A DNA stretch of 64,000 nt from Syntrophorhabdaceae bacterium (GTDB taxonomy: Bacteria > Desulfobacterota > Syntrophorhabdia > Syntrophorhabdales > Syntrophorhabdaceae). This document shows, piece after piece, positions 56,722 to 64,000 of this stretch. The notes under the pieces are model-generated. The model did not search any database. It had not been told where the DNA came from and worked only from the letters and a program-made list of their open reading frames with translations. The stretch lies in contig OY762209.1 in NCBI GenBank assembly GCA_963665295.1, forward strand, positions 352,001 to 416,000, written 5' to 3'. The stretch's first letter is position 1. Each line of letters begins with the position of its first letter. The position numbers and the translations under genes were made by a program.

Positions 56722-59700
56722 TCAACCTTTCGGCCCGTTTGGCAAGACTTCCTGCCGGGCATCCAGCACATCTCTCACCTTTTGCAGGAGGACATTGGGC
56801 AAGATGGGCTTTTGGAGGAAGTTAAACTTCTCGTCCTCGATGCCTTTATCCAGGAACACGTCTCTCGTGTAGCCGCTCGTGAAGATAACCCGGATATCCC
56901 ATTTGATTTTGCATATCTCATTATAGGCTTCTCTCCCGTTCTTGTTCGGCATCACGGAGTCGAGGATGAGAAGATCTATCTTATCAGTTGTCTTAAACTG
57001 TTGTATTGCGTCCAGCCCGTCAACTGCCTCAATGGTCGTATACCCGTATTCATTGAGTATCTTGCAGATGAGACGCCGAACCGCCTCATTATCTTCCACA
57101 ACCAGAATCGTTTCATCGCCCCCGGTCGAAGGGACCGCCGCCGGATGTTCTTCCTGACTTGTTTCGCTCGCAGAAGGAAGGTAGATGTGAAAAGTCGTCC
57201 CAATGTTCGGTTCGCTGTATACGGTGATATAGCCATTATGCTGTAGTACGATTCCATAGACCGTCGAAAGCCCGAGGCCCGTTCCTTTTCCCGTCGCCTT
57301 TGTGCTAAAGAAGGGGTCAAAGATCTTTTCCCGCGTTGCCTCATCCATGCCCATACCTGTGTCGGATACGGAGAGGAAAGCATATCGCCCCGCCTTTCCG
57401 TATCCGTGGAAACGCTCGAAATCATCGCTCAGCTCTACCATTCTCGTCTCTACAGTAAAACTCCCCCCTTGCGGCATGGCGTCCCGGGCATTAGTAGCGA
57501 GATTGAAGAGTATCTGGTCAATCTGGCTTACATCAGCCATAATCGTGATGTCGTTGGGAGCCAGGACTGTCCTGATGGATATGTCCTCGGTGAGGAGGCG
57601 ATTCAGGAGTTTTTCTGTCCCTTTGATAATGTCGTGTAAACTAACCGGTCTCAGACTGATGGCTTGCTGCTTGCTGAAGGCTAAAAGACTCTGGACAAGG
57701 TCCGTCGCTTTCTTTGAAGCAGAGAGAATCTGATCCACATAAGTTTGCAAAGTCGCATCATTTATCCGCATCTTGAGAAGAGCTGCATATCCTACAAGGG
57801 CCGTAAGGATATTGTTGAAGTCGTGGGCGATACCTCCGGTCAGGGTGCCTATGGCCTCCATCTTCTGTGACTGGAGGAGTCTGGTTTCGAGGCACCTGAA
57901 CTCGGTGACGTCGGTCACGCACTCTATTGCCCCCACCACTTTTCCGTTCCTGTCAAAGAGCGCCGCAGCATGGCCGGACAGGAAAGCGCCCCTTCCCTTG
58001 TAAGTTTCGGGCACAAATGTTTCGGCGTGCAGTCGGCACCCTACTCTCCTTATTGATTGATATTTCTGTTCCAGTTCACAAGAATCTGTTGTAACATAGT
58101 CGATCAGAATGGGCCGTGCTTCCCCATAAAAGGGGATGGCGTACGCGTAATTGCCCTTGCCGATGACATCTCTTTTCGGCACGCCTGTCATCTCTTCGCA
58201 GGCACGGTTCCACGCTACCACCTTCTTTTCATTGTCGATAACTAAAGTTGCCTCGGGCAGGAATTCTATGATGTCGAGAAGCTGCTGATGAGTGGCAAGG
58301 AGCTCTTCTTCCGCCCTTTTGCGAGCCCTGATGTCCTTCCACATGGTGTACAAGATCCGTTTTCCACGAAAAGGTATTACCGTGTGAGAGACCTCGACCC
58401 AGAATTCCTCTCCATCAAAAGTGCGGCGCATCCATTCGAATCGATTGACCCCTGTCTTGAGTGTGGTCTCAATCAGCTCCCGGGCCTTCTCTGAGGATAA
58501 ACGGCCATCAGGCTGGAATTCAGGAGAAACATCGGATGGGCTCAATCCAAGGAGTTGGTCCCTGCTGCACCGCATGAGCTTCAGTGCGGCTTCGTTGCAG
58601 TCTATGAACGTATCTCCATTCATGAGGAGTGTGGGGTCACCGGATTTCTCGAACAGGAGCCTGAACTTCTCTTCGCTTTCCTGGATGGTCTCTTCCGCCT
58701 CCCGGATCTCCCTTTCGTGCCGATCCCTCTGGAGCCTCGCGCTAAGTATGGGCGCCACATAGTCCGATATACCTACCAGAAAACCCCTGTCATTGTCGTC
58801 GTAACCGCCCACCTTATTTGCGAGCGAGATCAGTCCTATGGTCTCATTGCTGAAAACAATCGGCACAGTAAGGAAGCAGTCTATGGGGAGGTGTCCTTCC
58901 GGCGTCAGAAAAGGCCCCTCGGAGTAGAAAGCCCTCTTCTCTCTGATCGCTTTTCCCCACACACTCCCTCCCCATGTGGAGGACGGAAAAACAACTGATT
59001 TGTCAATAACCTGACATTCGCTCCATATTTCCCTGGTTAGACTCGGTATGACGAGATTGCCCTTTTCGTCTATGAATCCAAAAATACCGAACCTGCTCCC
59101 CGTGGCCTCAAGAACAACAGTGAGCACGTCGGCGTACATCGATTCATCGGGAATGGTGAGAAAGATATTCGCTATCCGGTTCATTATCGTCTTTCTCTGC
59201 TCCGACTTCTGCAACTCTTCCTCTGCCCGTTTCTTTTCTGTTATATCCTCGACAGTACCCTCGTAATACGCAATCTTTCCGTGGGAATCCGTGACAGCGC
59301 GGGAATTCGTCGATATCCACACCCTGCTTTTGTCCCGTCGGTAGAGCTGGATCTCAAATTTTGACGCAAAGCCCTGTCTCTCGTAAAGTTCCTTTAATCG
59401 CGCCCTGTCTTCGGCGTTGACATATAACTGATCCTGTATGTTCGTGACCGCCTGCATCATCTCCGCAGGGGAGTCAAAACCATAGACCCTCGCATGGGAC
59501 TGGTTCATGCCGATGAATCTTCCATCCGGGGTGGACTGGAAAATACCCATAACTGCATCTTCAAAGATACCACGGTATTTTGCCTCCGCTTCCCTAAGAT
59601 CATTTTCTGCTTTCTTGAGGTCCGTGATGTCGCGCACAATTGCGGACGCACCCACAACCCTGGCTGAAGCATCCTTGACAGGAGATACCGTAAGGGAAAC

Positions 59701-61176
59701 TGACATCCGGCTGCCGTCTTTCTTAATCCGTACGGTTTCATGGTGAATGATGCTCTCTCCGCGCCTTATTTGATCAAGGAATGCCGGTACTTCATCAGCA
59801 TAATCGGGAGGGGCGAGGATAGATATGGATTTGTTGATAACTTCCTGTGCCGTATATCCGTAGATCCTCTCCGCACCCCTGTTCCAGGTAGCAATAATAC
59901 CGCTCAAATCATTTCCGATAATGGCGTCATCGGAGAATTCGACAATTGCCGCCAATCGGGCATTTGTCTCTTCGGCCCGTTTGTGCACGGTCATGTCGCG
60001 TATAACCTCAATGGCCCCCGTAAGACATCCGTCGGCATCCCTGAGGGGCGCTGCCTTTGCCCATACGTGCGCGCCTTTGCCGCCTGCGAGCGCCGGACAG
60101 AATACCTCTATCACATAATTGTCGCCTTCTTTCGTGATAAAGGGATAATTACTTGCGACCTCATGTTCAGGGAACCAGAAGAGGTCCATGAGCTGTGGCC
60201 TTGCCTCCCCGTAAAAGGGTACGGTGTATGCGTAATCTCCTTTGCCCATCATCTCTGCTGCGGGAACCCCTGAGAGGACTTCCATCGCCCGGTTCCAGAC
60301 AATGACACGCTTCTCGCCGTCTATGGCCAGGGTCGGGTCCGGAGAAAAGTCTATGAGTTGGGATAACCTCCTTTCCAGCGCCTTGCGAGCCTTTTCTGCC
60401 TGCATTTGGTCAGTGATGTCGAGGAGCGCCCCGATCAGCCCGCTGACGGCTCCCTGTTTGTCGGTAAAGACCGCTTTCGTGAAGACGACATCACGTCGTT
60501 CGCCAAGCGCGTCCACCTGAGTCTCATATTGCTGCGTCTCCCTGCTCTCAAAGAGCTCTGTATCTTTGGCGTGATAGGTTTCCGCAAGCTCCGGCGGATT
60601 GATGTCAAATACAGTCTTACCGATCAGATGTTGCCTTGCTGCGCCGAAGAATGTTTCGAATGCCCTGTTGAATCCCAGATATCGCCCATCCCTGTCCTTA
60701 TAAAAGACCGGAATAGGGGTAGCATCGAGCAACGTGCCCAGAAAGGCCTCTCTCTCCTGAAGCGCCTCCTCCCGCTGTTTCAGCTTCTTATGTGCTTCAT
60801 GGAGCTTGAATGCCATTTTTATGGATGCCAGAAGGACTGTCTCTCCCGAATCCTTTACCACATAGCCGTAGGAAGTGATTCGCTCCGTTTTCTCCACCAC
60901 ATCCTTCTCTGTATGAGACGAGAGAAACACGACCGGTATGTCGTGGTCCCTGAGAATGATCTCCGCCGTCTCGGTGCCATCCATACCCTTGCCCAGGTTG
61001 ATATCCATGAGGATAAGGTCGATTGCGGAGGTGTTCTGCACTATATCGATAGCCTTACTGCCACTGGAAGCGGTAATGACCTGGAAACCGTGCCTCTTTA
61101 GCGTTTCCATCGCCATCATAGCAATCAACCCTTCGTCTTCTACCAACAGGATGGTTTCGTGGTTCCGGACACCCAT
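56722..61176 (-). CDS. Hybrid sensor kinase: REC, PAS x4, GAF, PAS x2, HisKA, HATPase, REC
   Basis: [34 protein letters not shown]-terminal REC. Confidence 0.92.
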   Translation of the reverse strand: MGVRNHETILLVEDEGLIAMMAMETLKRHGFQVITASSGSKAIDIVQNTSAIDLILMDINLGKGMDGTETAEIILRDHDIPVVFLSSHTEKDVVEKTERITSYGYVVKDSGETVLLASIKMAFKLHEAHKKLKQREEALQEREAFLGTLLDATPIPVFYKDRDGRYLGFNRAFETFFGAARQHLIGKTVFDINPPELAETYHAKDTELFESRETQQYETQVDALGERRDVVFTKAVFTDKQGAVSGLIGALLDITDQMQAEKARKALERRLSQLIDFSPDPTLAIDGEKRVIVWNRAMEVLSGVPAAEMMGKGDYAYTVPFYGEARPQLMDLFWFPEHEVASNYPFITKEGDNYVIEVFCPALAGGKGAHVWAKAAPLRDADGCLTGAIEVIRDMTVHKRAEETNARLAAIVEFSDDAIIGNDLSGIIATWNRGAERIYGYTAQEVINKSISILAPPDYADEVPAFLDQIRRGESIIHHETVRIKKDGSRMSVSLTVSPVKDASARVVGASAIVRDITDLKKAENDLREAEAKYRGIFEDAVMGIFQSTPDGRFIGMNQSHARVYGFDSPAEMMQAVTNIQDQLYVNAEDRARLKELYERQGFASKFEIQLYRRDKSRVWISTNSRAVTDSHGKIAYYEGTVEDITEKKRAEEELQKSEQRKTIMNRIANIFLTIPDESMYADVLTVVLEATGSRFGIFGFIDEKGNLVIPSLTREIWSECQVIDKSVVFPSSTWGGSVWGKAIREKRAFYSEGPFLTPEGHLPIDCFLTVPIVFSNETIGLISLANKVGGYDDNDRGFLVGISDYVAPILSARLQRDRHEREIREAEETIQESEEKFRLLFEKSGDPTLLMNGDTFIDCNEAALKLMRCSRDQLLGLSPSDVSPEFQPDGRLSSEKARELIETTLKTGVNRFEWMRRTFDGEEFWVEVSHTVIPFRGKRILYTMWKDIRARKRAEEELLATHQQLLDIIEFLPEATLVIDNEKKVVAWNRACEEMTGVPKRDVIGKGNYAYAIPFYGEARPILIDYVTTDSCELEQKYQSIRRVGCRLHAETFVPETYKGRGAFLSGHAAALFDRNGKVVGAIECVTDVTEFRCLETRLLQSQKMEAIGTLTGGIAHDFNNILTALVGYAALLKMRINDATLQTYVDQILSASKKATDLVQSLLAFSKQQAISLRPVSLHDIIKGTEKLLNRLLTEDISIRTVLAPNDITIMADVSQIDQILFNLATNARDAMPQGGSFTVETRMVELSDDFERFHGYGKAGRYAFLSVSDTGMGMDEATREKIFDPFFSTKATGKGTGLGLSTVYGIVLQHNGYITVYSEPNIGTTFHIYLPSASETSQEEHPAAVPSTGGDETILVVEDNEAVRRLICKILNEYGYTTIEAVDGLDAIQQFKTTDKIDLLILDSVMPNKNGREAYNEICKIKWDIRVIFTSGYTRDVFLDKGIEDEKFNFLQKPILPNVLLQKVRDVLDARQEVLPNGPKG

Positions 61177-61289
61177 GATTCACTCCTTATATACCGGATA
61201 TCTTTTTGCCTGCAAAAACGGGCTATCTATGGCTCCCTTACCCTCCACATGTCATGCATTGACACCATGTGGGCAGAACAACCAACACT

Positions 61290-61343
61290 TGCGATCTCAG
61301 TTGCGTGCGATCTCAGTTGCGTGCGATCTCAGTTGCGTGCGAT
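61290..61343. repeat. Tandem repeat, 16-bp unit x 3.4
   Basis: TGCGATCTCAGTTGCG at 61290, 61306 and 61322 plus a partial TGCGAT. Spans the stop codon of the kinase gene. Confidence 0.9.
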
Positions 61344-63244
61344 GCTGCATCCCCTTCCCGGTCGAGCGTTTCTCTCACCTTCTTAAGGAGCATGTCCGGC
61401 ATGATCGGCTTCTGGATAAAATTCACATTCTGCTCGAATACACCCTTTTGCTTAATGATGTCCGATGAATATCCGCTCATAAACAGGACTTTAATACCTG
61501 GTTTCATCTTGAGAATCTCTTCATGAACTGCCTTTCCGCCTTTCTTGGGCATGATGACGTCTAAAATGGCCAGCCCAATTTCTTTGTCCTTCGCCTTGAA
61601 TGTATTCACCGCATCCTCTCCATCAGCGACTGCAAAGACCTTGTACCCATAAGCTTCAAGAATTGTCTTCATAAGATTTCTGGCCTGCTCGTCGTCCTCT
61701 GCAAGCAAGACCACCTCGTTGCCGTCCTGTGGTCTAATGCGGCCCTCGGTCTCTTCTTCTTTTTCCATTGATTCTATGAGAGGAAGATATATGGTGAAGA
61801 GGGTTCCGATGCCGGGTTCGCTATATACATTCACATATCCATTGTGCTGCTTTATTATGCCATATACGGTTGAAAGCCCGAGGCCCGTCCCCTTTCCCTC
61901 ATCCTTGGTTGTAAAGAATGGTTCGAAAATCCTCGCCGCCGTGTCCTTGTCTATCCCGACCCCTGTGTCCGAGACAGAGATGACCGCATATGCTCCAGGT
62001 GCGCCGTAGCCATGGGACCGCACAAATTCGCTGTCAATTTCTATGAGCTCCGTGTGTATACTAAGGGTGCCGCCTCCGGGCATAGCGTCTTTTGCATTGG
62101 TGACGAGATTCATCAGCACCTGTTCCAATTGGCCCTTATCCGCCTTCACCATAAGATCACTGCCCCAAAGAGATGTCTGGAAATGAACTTCCTCTCCGAT
62201 GAGCCTTGTCAGAAGTTTGTCGGCTTTCTTTACAACCTTGTTTAATTCCATGGGCTCCGCATGACTCTCCGATTTCCTGCTGAACGAAAGAAGGCCTTGC
62301 GTCAGGTTTGCCGCCTTCTCTCCCGAGGAAAGGATCTGGTCTACATAGCAACTGAGAGGATTGTCGCTCATTTCCCTTTGAAGAAGGTTCCCATAGCCTA
62401 TTATCGCGGTGAGTACATTGTTGAAATCATGGGCTATGGCGCCGGCCATGGTTCCTACTGCCTCCATTTTTTGGGCATGGAGAAATTGAGTTTCAAGACG
62501 TTTGCGTTCCGTAATGTCTCTCGCTACCGACTGAATAGCCGGCTTTCCGTTGTAGGTTATCAGCACTGCCTTAACTTCTACATCGAGCCCCTGACCGTCA
62601 AACCTGACATACTTCGCTTCCAGGAGAGGGAACTCCCCGTCGCTTCGCGTGATCCGATCAATACCCCGAAGGATGTCGGCGTGAAAGCGCCCGTCCACGA
62701 TGTCGAAAAATCGTCTTCCTATAAGGGCCTCGGAATCATCCGCTCCTAAGAGTCGCGCTCCCGCCGTGTTAATAAATTCAATCCTACCCTCTCTGTGAAC
62801 GACGATGATATCCGGCAGAACTTCGACAAGGTGTCTGTATCGCTCCTCGCTCGCCTTCAACTCCTGATCCATTCTGTTCTTGTAAAGGGCCATCTCGATG
62901 GTTGAGGAAAGCTCTCTCTCATTAAAGGGCTTTAGGATGTACCCAAAAGGACTTGTTATCTTCGCTCTTTCCAGCGTCCCCTCGTCAGCATAGGCGGTCA
63001 GATATATAACCGGTATGCCGAATTCTCTCCTCAACACTTCTGCAGCCTCGATTCCATCCATCTCGCCTTTAAGTCCGATGTCCATGAGCGCAAGGTCGGG
63101 ACAGCTTAGTTTTGCCTTCTCTATTGCTTCTTCACCCGAAGAGGCGATTCCGTCAACGTGGTAGCCCCGCGCTTTAAGGCAGTATTGGATATCCTGCGCA
63201 ACAATTCGCTCGTCTTCTATGATCAGAATATGCGCTTTATCCAT
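61313..63244 (-). CDS. Hybrid sensor kinase: REC, PAS, HisKA, HATPase, REC
   Basis: [12 protein letters not shown] start after [24 protein letters not shown]. Confidence 0.92.
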   Translation of the reverse strand: MDKAHILIIEDERIVAQDIQYCLKARGYHVDGIASSGEEAIEKAKLSCPDLALMDIGLKGEMDGIEAAEVLRREFGIPVIYLTAYADEGTLERAKITSPFGYILKPFNERELSSTIEMALYKNRMDQELKASEERYRHLVEVLPDIIVVHREGRIEFINTAGARLLGADDSEALIGRRFFDIVDGRFHADILRGIDRITRSDGEFPLLEAKYVRFDGQGLDVEVKAVLITYNGKPAIQSVARDITERKRLETQFLHAQKMEAVGTMAGAIAHDFNNVLTAIIGYGNLLQREMSDNPLSCYVDQILSSGEKAANLTQGLLSFSRKSESHAEPMELNKVVKKADKLLTRLIGEEVHFQTSLWGSDLMVKADKGQLEQVLMNLVTNAKDAMPGGGTLSIHTELIEIDSEFVRSHGYGAPGAYAVISVSDTGVGIDKDTAARIFEPFFTTKDEGKGTGLGLSTVYGIIKQHNGYVNVYSEPGIGTLFTIYLPLIESMEKEEETEGRIRPQDGNEVVLLAEDDEQARNLMKTILEAYGYKVFAVADGEDAVNTFKAKDKEIGLAILDVIMPKKGGKAVHEEILKMKPGIKVLFMSGYSSDIIKQKGVFEQNVNFIQKPIMPDMLLKKVRETLDREGDAASHATEIARN

Positions 63245-63297
63245 GAGTTCAACTCCGTCAGACCGGCCCTGGGACGTGAGGTTCGAGCCCGGACCAA

Positions 63298-64000
<703 letters not shown>

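Noticed and set aside
61290..61343. CRISPR array
   Set aside because: Units are 16 bp and contiguous, with no spacers and no cas genes.

Overview
GC-rich bacterial chromosome segment. Gene content suggests an anaerobic Desulfobacterota/syntroph-like organism (inference only). In order: (1) a phosphate-starvation locus (phoB-phoR-pstSCAB-phoU) flanked by an MCP and an EAL-CBS-GGDEF gene, with matching 11-bp-periodic TTAAY boxes upstream of pstS, the MCP and the EAL gene; (2) an RpoH-type sigma factor behind a sigma54-type promoter, then dinB, a diguanylate cyclase and a Pat-type acetyltransferase; (3) a ~16 kb accessory island (25140-41255) made of tauE-cysD-cysNC, six phage-tail-collar genes arranged as a duplicated triplet with a GNAT, and a divergent lasso-peptide cluster (RRE, cyclase, precursor, HPr-kinase-like kinase, sulfotransferase, HemN-like radical SAM, B2 peptidase, ABC exporter); (4) an ICL/PEP-mutase enzyme, a probable PPi-dependent PFK, AsmA and an mrr remnant; (5) a secreted RHS/YD protein interrupted by one in-frame TGA that is followed by a SECIS-like hairpin (candidate new selenoprotein), plus a secreted YD/Ig-like partner; (6) three large PAS sensor kinases and a partial cheB. 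No rRNA, tRNA, CRISPR array, transposase or integrase was recognised. All calls come from reading motifs by eye; no searches were run.
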